DNA of 64,000 bases from the human T2T-CHM13v2.0 reference genome, Homo sapiens: assembly GCF_009914755.1 (NCBI RefSeq), contig NC_060936.1, one strand, 5' to 3'. The notes beneath the pieces are model-generated. The model worked only from the letters and a program-made list of their open reading frames with translations, had not been told where the DNA came from and made no database searches. This document shows positions 19,790-36,549 of this stretch, piece by piece. How positions within the stretch are numbered: position 1 is the first letter of the stretch; each line of letters begins with the position of its first letter. A program made the translations under genes and the position numbers.

Positions 19790-20003
19790 CAACGGGGATT
19801 GAATCCTGGAACAGAAAAAGGATATTAGTGAAATCTGAATAAAGTCTGGGGTTTAGTTAATAGTAGTGTACCAATGTTGGCTTCTTGGTTGTGACAAATG
19901 TACCATTGTCATGTGAGATGTGGGTAAGGGACACAGGGGAACTCTCTGTACTCTCCTGCAACTTTTCTGTAAATCTAAAATTATTCTAAAATTAAAAGTT
20001 TTA
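19790..20003 (+). mobile_element. L1MC/L1ME-type 3' UTR fragment
   Basis: atcctggaacagaaaaagga..tgtaccaatgtt..actctctgtact..gcaacttttctgtaaatctaaaatt. Confidence 0.65.
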
Positions 20004-20421
20004 AATAAATTTAAATGAAATTAAAAGTTTATTTTTAAATTATTTAAGAGAAGAGAGTATTGGTGACATGTTTACAAATATTCTTCAGAAGAGTAACATT
20101 TTAAATGGCAATGGCGAGGGTAACGCTGCATTTTTGTAGCCAGTCATATTTCTTGGCAGACAAGATGACTAATGACAATCACAAGGACTAACATTACTGA
20201 ATGCCTATAATATTTCAGCTTCCGCCCTAAGGATGTTACATGCATGCCCATGGCATCTTCAAGATTATTTTCCCAATTTACAGATGAGAAAAGTTCTTAG
20301 AATAGTGCCTGGAATCTGGCAGGTGCTCAAAAATTAGATCTTTTTTGTTTTTTTAACAGAGGCTAAGAAATGTACCCAGCTTTTGAACAAGAGTCACAAT
20401 TCAAGTCCAAACTCTAAAAGG

Positions 20422-20737
<316 letters not shown>

Positions 20738-21203
20738 TAAATCTCAGCCTTGCCACTTACTAACTCTATGACCTTGGGCAAGTTTCAAAGCCAAAACAAA
20801 GCTAACTGATATCACAGAATGGATTTTAAAAGTATGTTGAAAGTTGCATAGTATCAACCTAAATTTCTAAACAGACAAATTATTTATAGAATATTTCAAA
20901 ATTGTCAAATTGAATAACTGGAAAATAATCAGGCTGTATCGTTCTGCATTGAAATCAATAAAAATAGGGCTCAAAATAACAGTTCTGAAGAATCCTTGGG
21001 CACACCTCTGGATGTAAGAACCAAACAAGAGACAACTAAGGAAATTGTTAACTCCTGGTAACTACCAGAGCCTCAAGGAAAAACGTGTTTTCAGCTCTCC
21101 TCTGGGGTCAAATGACTATAGCTCACTGGGCCAGACAGGAACCATGATGAGATTTTCTCAAGAGGGGAAGGTGGTAAGGGCAAATTATAAAGATACACCT
21201 TCT

Positions 21204-21542
<339 letters not shown>

Positions 21543-21591
21543 TCATCTCACTGACGCTCAGTCATCTCTACTAAAAAATAAAAAATAAAAA

Positions 21592-21708
21592 ATCTCTCGT
21601 AGTTCATGAGCATGATGATTGTGTTCACACGCATGTGTGAAACGTACCACCACAAATCTTATTACAACGTTGGTACATTACCTGCCTGGCATGAAAAAAA
21701 AAAAAAAA
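21592..21708 (+). pseudogene. U13 (SNORD13-like) snoRNA processed pseudogene with poly(A) tail
   Basis: atctctcgtagttcatgagcatgatgattgtgttcacacgcatgtgtgaaacg...cattacctgcctggca resembles U13 (ATCCTTTTGTAGTTCATGAGCGTGATGATTGGGTGTTCATACGCTTGTGTGAG...CATTACCCGTCTGA) over its full length. Box C TGATGA is kept, box D is mutated to CTGG, and an A15 tail follows. Confidence 0.88.
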
Positions 21709-22230
21709 GAGTGAGAGAGAAATCCCTGAGTCACACCTCTGTTCACACATCTGTTCATTTTAAACTAGATCTTGGCCTCAACTGTTACAGCAAAAGGGAG
21801 GTCACAGCAGAAAAACTAAAGTTTTTTTTGGCTTCCAGGTAGGCAGAAATCCAGATTCAACCAATATAAAGACTATTGAGGGAGGGTTTCAAGAACTAAC
21901 TTCAGAGGCCTACCACATCATTAACCGTACCCATCCCTGCCAACCTAGGTACAAAGATGGGGGTGCTGAAATCCAATTCATACCTTGCTGATACAAAGCT
22001 GCTTAGAGCCTGAGAAGGCTGAAGCCCTCTTCCAATACATCTGCCCAGACCTCCAGCCATTCTAATTAACACAAAAGCAAGAAACATGCCTCACCCTTCC
22101 CCATCCCCATACCCCACTAAAATGTGACACCCTTGCACATCTTGATCCAAAATAGATTGCCCAAACAATAACAAAACCCTAAGCCTAGAGTCACATATTT
22201 ATTTTTTTTAACAAATACTTGTTCAGCCCC

Positions 22231-22775
22231 TGCCAAGACCAGCTTGGTCGGGGAGACCCTAACCCAGCAGCACTAGAGGAATTAAAGACACATACACAGA
22301 AATATAGAGGTGTAAAGTGGGAAATCAGGGGTCTCACAGCCTTCAGAGCTGAGAGCCCCGAACAGAGATTTACCCACATATTTATTAACAGCAAACCAGT
22401 CATTAGCATTGTTTCTATAGATATTCGATTAACTAAAAGTATCCCTTATGGGAAATGGGATTAACTATAAGTATCCCTTATGGGAAACGAAGGGACAGGC
22501 CTAATTAAAGGAATAGGTTGGGCTAGTTAACTGCAGCAGGAGCATGTCCTTAAGGCACAGATCGCTTGTGCTATTGTCTGTGGCTTAAGAATGCCTTTAA
22601 GCAGTTTTCCGCCCTGGGCGGGCCAGGTATTCCTTGCCCTCATTCTGGTAAACCCACAACCTTCCAGCGCGGGCATTATGGCCATCATGAACATGTCACA
22701 GTGCTGCAGAGATTTTGTTTATGGCCAGTTTTGGGGCCAGTTTATGGCCAGATTTTGGGGGGCTTGTCCCCAACA
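22231..22775 (-). mobile_element. MER9-type solo LTR (HERV-K9/HML-3)
   Basis: TG...CA termini. Minus strand begins TGTTGGGGACAAGCCCCCCAAAATCTGGCCATAAACTGGCCCC as in MER9. Perfect 6-bp TSD AGCCCC at 22225-22230 and 22776-22781. Confidence 0.88.
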
Positions 22776-23199
22776 AGCCCCTACTCTGTGCCCTGGCCCA
22801 TTTTCTTCTCCCTGGATCCCTGGGCTGCCTTTAATCTCCCTATTCCACCCTTGCTTGCCCTGCAGGTCTCCAGTTCATAATCTATTTACTGTTCCTTCTC
22901 CAGGGCCCCACCTTCTGGTGTGCAGATCCGCCATCCCTTTTCTCCAGCATGGATTATTGTTCTATACTCCTCTCTGCCCTAGGCTTTACCTCTTTCCTCC
23001 TGGCTTAATTTCATCACCCTTAATCTCTTCACTGTTCAGCCCTTCTTGCAGCTCTTTCCCAGTCTCCTGCCACTAATGTCTGATCTCAACCAACCACACA
23101 ACAGCCCCTGAATACAGCAAATGGGGCTGAAAGAACGTAATTCATTTGCCTGTGCTAATCCCACAAGCAAGTGGTCCCATTCAACAAATTCTGTAAATC

Positions 23200-24260
<1,061 letters not shown>

Positions 24261-24457
24261 AGTGGCACAGCTGTGAGTGCGGGGGGCAGGATAGTAAGGG
24301 TTGTCAGGAACATGAGGAGTTCTTGCCCACTGCAAATTAATAATCTGTTGGGGGAGCCCCATATACATGACAGAACCATACATCCCAGATGCCTTTGAAA
24401 ATTGCAGATATGGAAACCTACAGGAGAGCGACCCAAATCCAACAGGGAGGGTCATAA

Positions 24458-24819
<362 letters not shown>

Positions 24820-25679
24820 TGGAAAATAATTGAGATGCTTCTCCTATGGCAATGAGTCTTTGTATAAATGAACCATAAGTTGAAAAAAGTTGTATAATAT
24901 TTTATATTCACATTATTTGAATAGTCTTTAGTCTTGCCAGAGTGAAATGTATTGCATTTGGCTAGAGAACTTTGCAAGATTTACACAGCACAAGGTGAGT
25001 ATATTACCTTTAATGTAAGTTGTAAAATTCTAAATAGATGTAGGTTAGAGATTTTCTAAGATTCTAATTCTTTCCCTATCCCTTTATTACCTGAAATCTC
25101 TGAAATTACCTCCAGTATTCGGGGTGATGGCTAGAGATAGAAAATTAAATTGATGGAACCTTCCCTGACTCCCTTATCTAAATTAGCTAAACTACCTTTA
25201 TGTCAAAATGTGTTGATTGCCTGAATGTATCTCATATAATCCTCATAACAACCAGCAAGGTAATAATTTCTATTTTATAAACAAGAAATCTAATGTTCAG
25301 AGAGCCAAGATAAGTTGCTCCCACAGCTAATGAACAGCTGAAGAGGGACTCATGATTGTCTGCTAACTGCCCTTTCCTGTAGACCATAATGCAATCACAT
25401 TTTCAGCGTTGTTAAAATGCAAAAAAAAAAAAAAAAAAAAAAAAAGCTATTGTGTTGTCCACGCTAGATGGTAATTCGCTTACCTCTTCTAGTAGTTTCA
25501 AGGGCGAATACTAGTTGATTAGACCTTGAAGCCTTTTATACGGTCATTGATAACATAAAACAAATTAAAATAGAATATGGAAGAATCCCCCTAGGGAATT
25601 CTTAAGATTACAAGCTAGTTTTCCAAGAAGAAATTGGCTTGTGTTTAGTAGAAGCAATAGATTAGAGACAGACTGATAG

Positions 25680-25954
<275 letters not shown>

Positions 25955-26004
25955 TAGATGGACTACTATTCAAATGTAGAGCATTTACTCATCTTAAATC
26001 TGTG

Positions 26005-26583
<579 letters not shown>

Positions 26584-26649
26584 GTGAGACCCTTTCTCAA
26601 AAAAAAGAGAAAAAAGGAAAAGAAAAGAAAAAGAAATGGATTTAGATTC

Positions 26650-26850
26650 AGGATCAGAATCCTGGGTTTACCATTATTAGCTGTGCAACCTTGGGTTACT
26701 TAACCTTGGGTTCCTCATTACCTTACCTATAAATTGGGTATAATATTGGCACTCACCTCACAGGGGTGCTGTAAGAATTAAATGGATTAATGTTTGTAAA
26801 GTTCTTAGCATAGGCCTGGCTCATAGTAAACCTTTCATAAATGTTCACTA
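26650..26850 (+). mobile_element. MIR
   Basis: agctgtgcaaccttgg..ttacttaacct..ttcctcat..tgtaagaattaaatg..tgtaaag..cttagca..gcctggc. Confidence 0.7.
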
Positions 26851-26875
26851 TTATAATTATCCCTGGTTCTTAGAC

Positions 26876-27012
26876 TTTTTTTTTTCTTTTTTCTTGAGAC
26901 AGGCTCTTGCTATGTTGCCCAGGCTGGTCTTAAATGCCTGGGCTCAAGCAATACTCCTGCCTCTCGGCCTCCCAATGTGCTGGGATTACAGGTTTGAGCC
27001 ACCTCACCTAGC
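26876..27012 (-). mobile_element. Alu monomer (FLAM-like)
   Basis: Single left arm; TSD tggttcttagacttt. Confidence 0.85.
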
Positions 27013-27269
27013 TGGTTCTTAGACTTTCAAACTTCCAAAATCAGTGTTTAAAAGAAGAATTAGGAGATCAATATGGGTTTGTCTTCTTTGCTTTTTTGTT
27101 TTTTTTAGCTTTTCCCAAATCAAAACAGTTTTTAAAAGCCAGTATTTTCTATAATAACCAATATTTCATAGAAAAAAATAATATTTTAATAACACAAAAT
27201 TTAGGCAGAAGATAATGTCAAAATAAATGACTTCTATTATTACATTTAGCTTTGAGAGAAACTTAAAAT

Positions 27270-27476
<207 letters not shown>

Positions 27477-28122
27477 TAGTAAGCATATTTTTTGTTCACT
27501 GTATTTGAGGACGACTTAGTCATATTTTCCAACACCCTTACATGTATAGTTTTTACTAATTAGTAGTTAAATGTTTTTAACTTTTAAAAAACTAATCATA
27601 GACTATAGACAGTAGTGTTTGTAAACTGTGAATGAAAGACCAGGATCATAAGGTCAGTTACTGGCTTTGCACATTGCAAATAGACAAAAAAAGAAATATT
27701 TTTCTGTAAGACACTGGAAAAAAATAAAAGTGGAGTTAAAACCTATTCTTTGGACAAGAAACTTGGCATTCCTACTTTTACTGTGATAGAGGAGTCCCTA
27801 AAAACAGTTGAAGTGAAGATGAAATTCCCAAGCACCCATGTGCCAACTCATTTGTGGAAGAGCAAAGAATCTAATTAACTCGAAGCAAGACCTGAAAGGG
27901 GACAGAATGCTCAGGAAAACCACATGAACTGTCCAAACTATTGATTGAGCAATTTGCAATCATTTCTAGTTTAAAAACAAATAGTTTGGGTAAATGAATG
28001 AATATTCCTATTGCATTATTGCTATTGCATTACTTCTTGCAAAGTTTTCCAAGGAATTTCCTAGTTGTCAGGCATATATATATACACATGCCCAGCCTTT
28101 TTTTTTTGTTGGGGGAGGGGGT

Positions 28123-28146
28123 TCCTAGCCACTAGACCATCAGGGA
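28123..28146 (-). pseudogene. 5' fragment (24 nt) of tRNA-Glu, retroposed tRNA piece
   Basis: Minus strand TCCCTGATGGTCTAGTGGCTAGGA vs recalled tRNA-Glu 5' end TCCCTGGTGGTCTAGTGG(C/T)TAGGA; no anticodon arm or 3' half. Confidence 0.65.
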
Positions 28147-28489
28147 GGAATCTTAAGAATTATTATTTTAGAAGACTAGCAGTCACTTTTCTTTCTTTTA
28201 CTAGTTATACATCTAGCAAGGCCATATTAGTTACAAGCACACATAAAGTTATATACCAGGATCTTGGAATATTCATTTTACCAAAAAAAGTCAGTAAAGT
28301 CAGTTGTGCTGCTACAGTTTTCGTATTTTCCACAGATTCCAATGAGCCAACACAAGTTCTACTAATAAAATCCACACAAAATAAAATGCAGTCAGTGGAA
28401 ACACTATATGTACATTGTAGTCATTTATACTAAGACTGTTGAATACAATACTCCAGAGTAAAATGATCTCAATAACAGCTATGAGGCTT

Positions 28490-28619
28490 CTTTTTTTTTT
28501 TAAGAGATGGAGTTTCCCTACGTTTCCTAAGTTGGACTTGAACTCCTGGACTCAAGAGATCTGCCTGACATGGCCTCCCAAAATGCTGGGATTACAGGCA
28601 TGAGCCATTGTGCTGGGCC
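28490..28619 (-). mobile_element. Alu monomer (FLAM-like)
   Basis: Single left arm. Confidence 0.8.
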
Positions 28620-28730
28620 TGTGAGGCTATTTTTAAAGTCTGAATCTTAATGTCTAGGTTGGATGATATTAAATCCCCATTTACTCATTCATTAGCTCTT
28701 CTGAGAGAGATTTTTCTCTCTTAGAACCAG

Positions 28731-29030
28731 TTTTCTTTTTTCTTTTTTTGAGACGGAGTCTCACTCTGTCGCCCAGGCTGGAGTGCAGTGGCGCGATCTT
28801 GGCTCACTGCAACCTCTACCTCCTGGGTTCAAGCAATTCTCTGCCTCAGCCTCATGAGTAGCTGAGATTACTGGCACCCACCACCATGCCTGGCTAATTT
28901 TTGTATTTTTAGTAAAGACAGGGTTTCATCATATTGGCCAGGCTGGTCTCAAACTCCTGACCTCAAGTGATCTGCCTGCCTCGGCCTCCCAAAGTGCTGG
29001 GATTACAGGTGTAAACCACCGTGCCCGGAC
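28731..29030 (-). mobile_element. Alu
   Basis: Dimeric Alu. Confidence 0.95.
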
Positions 29031-29069
29031 TGATTCTATATATTCCTGATTGTGTTGTTGATAACAACA

Positions 29070-29290
29070 ATAATAGCAGCTACTACATATTGGGTATTTC
29101 CTATGTTTCAGGCAATTATTTCAGTGCTTTATGTTAATTTTTTACAATAACCCTACAAAATAGACAGTGTTTGCAAATCTCCACTTTACAAATGAGCAAA
29201 CAGAAACTGAAAGGTTAAATAACTAGCTAAAGGCCACACAGTAAGTAGTGAAGCTGGGTTTCAGACCCTGAACTGTCTATAACTCCTGAA
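29070..29290 (-). mobile_element. MIR
   Basis: acaataacccta..ccactttacaaatgag.aaac..aggttaaataact..aaggccacaca. Confidence 0.65.
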
Positions 29291-29589
29291 CCTGAATTCT
29301 ACCCTACGGCCTACATGCTTATGGAATCTCTAAATGGCTCTATGGACATTCGAAAGAAGAACTCATCAAAGTGCTCTCTCCTTTTTACTAACTTCTATTA
29401 TAATAAACATATTACTAACATTTACTAGAACAATTATAAATTTTTAAATCTTAAGAGTTTTAGGTCTCAAAGGGACCTTTGAGGTATTTAATCAATGCCC
29501 ACAATTCTACAAATAAGGAACTGAGCTATCTCAAGTTCAACTGAGCTACAACTAAAACACCAACGATTCTCTTAAAAATGTTAGACAAT

Positions 29590-29884
<295 letters not shown>

Positions 29885-30724
29885 TTACACAATATAGACC
29901 TCATTGTATGTATACATGTTGTTGATGATAACTACAGTTTGAAATTAAATGACCATGTACTAGGAAGATGGTATCAGCCTAGCCAAGGATTTGACACAAA
30001 AGACTGGAATGTTTTCAAACCTTACTTAGTAACTTTGTTGCTGGACTACAAGGCCAAAAGCAAGTGGCTGCTTGGACACTGGCTATTCAGCTCTCCTTTA
30101 ATCTTTCTTAAAATATCAAAGATATGTTTATTTTAAAGATGTCTTCAGTGGATGCATTTTTATTTAAAAACCTGGTCATCCAAAACTGAATTTACTTTTC
30201 CCCTAAAGCAAAAGCAAAACCTTTCTAGAAGTAATTGAAAATAAAAGCATTGCCTAAAAAACAAACACTATTCAAAAATCAAGATTATACAATAAGGCCA
30301 TTGGCTAAAAATAACAGAGACAGAAAGTTCAGCTTGTGGTTTTTTACATTGTTTATTTTTTATCCTCCTATCCTTAATAGGATCAGTTTTTTTCCATGAA
30401 CAGTTTATTGATCATTTGGTAAGTTTGTTTTTTTTAAATAAAAGACCATTTTTTCCACTGTAAAATGAGAAAATAAAATTTTCCTCAGAAGAAAAAATGT
30501 ACAACTTCATTAATAACCTGAGTGATAACAGATTAAAATGAGATACCATGTTATAAACAATGAAATTGACTGAGATCAAAGACTCCCCCCACCCCACCCC
30601 AATTCGCAATGTTGGTCATGGTGTGAGAAAACAAGCTTATATGGTGTTTTGATAATATTAAGAAATAAACTAAGGCAGTCTTTCTAGAGGTCATTTAGCA
30701 AAATCCCTTAAAAAGTGCATTTTT

Positions 30725-31022
30725 GGCTGGGTGCAGTGGCTCACACCTGTAATCCCAGCACTTTGGGAGGCTGAGGTGGATAGATCACCTGAGGTCAGGA
30801 GTTCGAGACCAGCCTGGCCAACAAGGTGAAACCCTGTCTCTACTGAAAATACAAAAATTAGCCTTAGCCAGGTGTGGTGGCACGTGCCTCTAATCTCAGC
30901 TACTCCGGAGGCCGAGGCAGGAGAATCGCTTGAACCCAGGAAATGGAGGTTGCAATGAGCCGAGATCACTGCACTCCAGCCTGGGTGACAGAGTGAAATT
31001 CCATCTCAAAGGAAAAAAAAAA
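30725..31022 (+). mobile_element. Alu
   Basis: Dimeric Alu; TSD aaaaagtgcattttt. Confidence 0.95.
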
Positions 31023-31024
31023 GT

Positions 31025-31640
31025 GCATTTTTTGGACATAGCAATTTCACTTCTACGAATGTAAACTACAAAAACAATTAAGCTTTATGTGCAAAGGCTT
31101 ACCTATAATGATATTAATAACAGGGTTATTTGTAATAAGATGGAAGGAAGGAAGGTTAGAGGGGGAGGGAGAGAATAAAGGAAATCAGAATTTCCATCAA
31201 TAGGAATTGGTTAAATAAACAAATGTGGTACAGTGCATGCATCAAAAGCAGTATTATTTTTCCATTGAAAGTGATGCTGTGGATAAATATTATTGAAATG
31301 GGAACTGTTCACATAGGTTACTAGATTTAAAAAACAGATTACAAAACTCTATGTAACTGTATGTTTCTATTTATATGAAGGTCAAGATCAGGCAAAGCCA
31401 ATCTGCAGTGATAGAAATCTAAACAATGGTGCAGGGAAACTGGGTAGAGCAGAGGCTGATTTGGAAAGAAGTAAAGGAACTTTCTGGAGTGATGGAAATG
31501 CTCTAAGATGATATTCTTGCCATATGGCTTGTGGGGGGGTGGGAAGCACAGAGTAGGTGGACATTTGTCAGAATTCATCAAAATGGTCAGTTAGCATCTA
31601 TATATTTCATTTCATGTGAGTGATACCTCAATTTTAATAA
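31025..31640 (+). mobile_element. L1ME-type fragments
   Basis: agcaatttcacttcta; caggcaaagccaatct; ctttctggagtgatggaaatg; atacctcaat. Confidence 0.55.
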
Positions 31641-31730
31641 GAAACAAAATCCTCAAATGTACAACATGATCTTAAGTTTATAATAAAAACAACGGTTTCT
31701 ATTTGTACAGACAGAAAAGGATTTGGAGAC

Positions 31731-32102
31731 TGTCTTAGTCCATTCTGTGCTACTATAACAGAATATCACAGACTGGGTAATTTACAATAAACAGAAATGT
31801 ATTGGCTCACAGTTCTGCCAGTATCTGGCAAAGACCTTTTTGCTGCATCATAACACAGCAAAAGGCATCACATGGCAGAAAAGTGATAGAGAACGGGTGT
31901 GGGGAGAGAGAGGGAGAATGAGCAAGACAGCAAGAGGAGACCAAACTCATCCTTTTATAAGGGACCCACTCATGCAATAATGTAATAATGGCTTTAATCT
32001 GTTTGTGATGGATCCACCCCCATGACTAAATTCCTCCATTAGGCCCCATCACCATCAAGTTTCTAACCCGTGGACTTTGGGGAACACATTTAAACTATAG
32101 CA
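31731..32102 (-). mobile_element. MaLR solo LTR (MST/MLT1A type)
   Basis: tgtcttagtccattctgtgctactataacagaatatcacagactgggtaattta ... aaactatagca, ~370 bp with TG..CA ends. Confidence 0.8.
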
Positions 32103-32942
32103 GAAAGGATTTAGAGGTAGTGGGATTATGGGCATTTTTAAACTCTTTTTTTTCCCCACTTGTCTCAACAAATGTTGTAATAATTTAATCATAACAATTA
32201 AACACAAAATGCAAATGTATCCAAATGTGTTTCAGTGAGCCTCTCTTGCTCTTAATCTGAATATTTCCTAACACCGCATTAAAGGGTACTGTGAAGATTA
32301 CCCAGTGCATCACCGACTTGCTTGAAATTCCTTGGAAGGATACCAATGGCGTCCCACCCCTTGTGGAGGTCTTTCACCATAGGCACTTCCGGCCATTTGT
32401 TTTACTCTTTCAAACAGCTCAAAATGCCAAAATTAAATCAAGAATTTTATCATTTGGAGGCATGCTTGAAGTAGATTTTATTTCTGGTGCCCAAACCCCT
32501 CTCAGGTCCAGAGTAAAAAGCTTCAAATTCCTGAAGGTAATGCAAATACTTTATGGGCTGAGAAGTAGCTGTTTCTTTGCATGTGTCCTGCCAAGCTTCT
32601 AAGAATGGTTTTGCCATTAGTTCCAAACCCACAAGCAGCCTGGTCTGAGCTCCACCACCTCCAGCAGGCTTATTACAGATAAGTCAGCTGGTCTTCATGT
32701 GACAGAGAAGCCTTCTGTGCCAGGTGTGCTCACAGCCAAGACTGGGTGTCTGCCACCTCATGCTGATGGCAGCTCATGTTCACATGCAGCCCACAGATCT
32801 CAGCACAGGCTGCTGGGTGGTTAACGATGCAGGCACAATTACCTCCTGACAATAATAGTGCAAACAACTATGGGCAGTTGGTTGAAGGATGGGAGAGAGG
32901 AGGAATAGTAAAAAGCAGATGAAACGTCATTACACTTCTCTA

Positions 32943-33242
<300 letters not shown>

Positions 33243-33286
<44 letters not shown>
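33243..33286. repeat. (AAT)n Alu-tail microsatellite
   Basis: About 14 AAT units. Confidence 0.95.
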
Positions 33287-33287
<1 letters not shown>

Positions 33288-35262
33288 CTCCTGCAGGATG
33301 GATACAAATTGAGAACTGAAGTAGGTGGGAATAAGTGAGAACTGAAATCTAGTTTTCCCTTGGGATATAGCCAAAGAAACTAATGGATGAACAGTGCCAA
33401 AAGAAACTCACCTCCAACAACCTGGCCTGGATCTGGTGCAGAGAGGAAGACATATGTCCACGGATCTGTATCTCTAGTCTACTGGATAGCTAGACAAAAA
33501 CGTCCCACAGGGCCATCACAATTACCTGGTCTAACATCCCTGAACTGAACTCAACATCCCTTCCTTGCCTCCAACCTGCTATGTCTTTTGCAAAGACGTA
33601 TAACAACCAGTGTATAACACAGGCTGCTGGGTGTATAATAACCAGTGACCCCTTTACAAGAGCGAGAACTTAGAAGCCCTTTAGACCTCCTCCTTCTTCA
33701 TCTTCCACATATGATTAGTTCCAGTTCCTAGTTAGGACACTATCATCCTAATATCTTTCTGACTAGCCCTTCCTTCTTGTTGTGCTGCCAACTGTCACAA
33801 AATCTAATTTCCACCTCACTGCCTGAATGATCTGTCTACACTGCAAATCTGATCATGCCTCTGGCCTATGCCAGTCTTTCCACAGTTCTCCATTATCTAC
33901 CTAGCATATTCTTGAGAAGATCTCAAATGCCTTCACTACCAGGCACTCAAATGTGTGAAGCCATGGGGTTTAATATGGCCAAGAAGGAAGTTGTATGGAC
34001 CTGGAGAAGATCTGTCCTACCTGAAGTTATTCAAATCAAAAATTATTTTAAAACAGCTGCACTGGCCTGGGAAAACTTTCTGAGGTCACTTTGATACTCT
34101 TGGTCTACAATAGAGTCAAATTCCTTAGCCTGTGATGTAGCTGAAGCCTGCTTCTCTAGCTTGTCTTCACCTATTTTCAATTAAGCAGCCTGCATTTTCC
34201 TGAAGGTTCTCTTTCACACAGTGATGCCTTTGAACATGATCTTTTCTGCTTGGGTCCGTCTCCTTCTTTCCCCATCTTGCCTAGAAACTTATGTCAAGAC
34301 CTCATCTGCCAGCCTTTGTGGAGCCCCGGGAAGAGTTATACCCTGGACATGCATCTGTTATTGTTGTTCTTTCCAAGCTTGCAAATATTTATTTTCCTTC
34401 TCTGCAAGTAGTACTTAGGGGGCCTGTCTTATAATGGCACAAATTGTATGTTACAAAATAAACGGCAAAGGCTAGAGACAGTTTTCCTCCCCAACATTTT
34501 AAATAAGATTGAGAAATTATTGTTTACATCACAAAATGTCATTTAAAAAAAATTCAGAGTGTCCTTTAGGAGCTAATAGAGATTTTATGAGGACCTCCAA
34601 ATGTGCCCTGTGTCCCTAGCTAGCCTTCATCAATAAACCTGTATTGAATGTGATAGTACAACAATCCTAGGCCAGAAAAACTGCTTCAGGCCTTGATCAG
34701 GTTCCCAAAATATTAGAGGTGATATTAATCATTATCATAAAATTTTAGTTGTTCAGAAAAAAAAAAGAAAAAAGAAATGGTCACATGCTCCAGTGCATTT
34801 TTAAAAATCACTTAAAGAAATAAAAGAGAACTCAACTCCACTCCCACAACTGGGTCACAAGCTCCATTGGCTAAGGTAGTTGAGTTCCCAGCCACATGAA
34901 ATAGTTCTATTTCTCAGAACTTGTCCAAAAGACCTCTCCTGCCTGCAGAGATAGAAGTAAGGAAAAGAGAATCTTTCCTACGCCTTTAAGTTTGACCTGC
35001 CTCATTTTTTTTTCCCCTCCCTTTCTGTCCATTGATTTAGGCCATCAAGGAACTGTAGAAGTAGAATAGGAAGTGGGAAAGGGAAGAGATAGTGAAGGAT
35101 GAAGGGGTGGGCCAATCGTGGGGGGCTTTCAAGGGATCTATGTCTATAGTGGCTGAGGTTAAATGAAGTTAACCACAAAGCTAGAGTCACCTCACCACTT
35201 CCTACTTTGTAGACTAATAGGCTGAGCTCTGGTTTAACTTAAACTTGAGTGGTCTGGAGTGA

Positions 35263-35647
<385 letters not shown>

Positions 35648-35882
35648 CTGTTTTTATTCTTATTAACCAATCTGAAAGCAATTTACTTAATGTCTGGCTG
35701 AACACACACACACACAGACGATATTCTAATACAAATGAACATGCACATGACATGATTTTGAGAAATACAGGAAAGCATAAGGAAAAAAATCTATAGTTAA
35801 CCCAAAAATAAAAATTATTAACTATTTTGTCAATTCTGCTATTAAGATCTTTATATAGTTGGGACTGTATTGTATTCACAAC

Positions 35883-36100
35883 TTTTTTTTTTTTTTTTTT
35901 TTTTGAGACAGAATCTCACTCACTCTGTCACTCAGGCTGGAGTGCAGTGGCACAACCAGGCTCACTGCCTCCTGGGTTCAAGGGATCCTCCCACGTCAGC
36001 CTCCAGAGTAGCTGGGACTACAGGCATATGCCACCATGCCCACATAATTTTTGTATGTTTTTTTAGAGATGGGTTTTGGGTTTGGCCACGTTGCTCCAGG
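35883..36100 (-). mobile_element. Alu, truncated
   Basis: Right arm plus part of left arm. Confidence 0.85.
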
Positions 36101-36205
36101 TGATACAACCTTTAATACTTAGAAATCTAACTTTGTAACAAGCTCTTGCCTTGCTTTTAGAAACTATGTAAGCATTGTTATTTATAGCTACATAGAACTC
36201 CTTGA

Positions 36206-36549
<344 letters not shown>

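Noticed and set aside
22219-23076. ORFs of 81-161 aa over the LTR
   Set aside because: Antisense to a solo LTR; no gag/pol/env similarity and no internal proviral sequence
31712-32118. Similar ~15-mers (gaaaaggatttggag / gaaaggatttagag) flanking the MaLR LTR, suggesting an unusually long TSD
   Set aside because: Imperfect, AT-rich and not flush with the LTR end; MaLR TSDs are about 5 bp, so chance or old slippage is as likely
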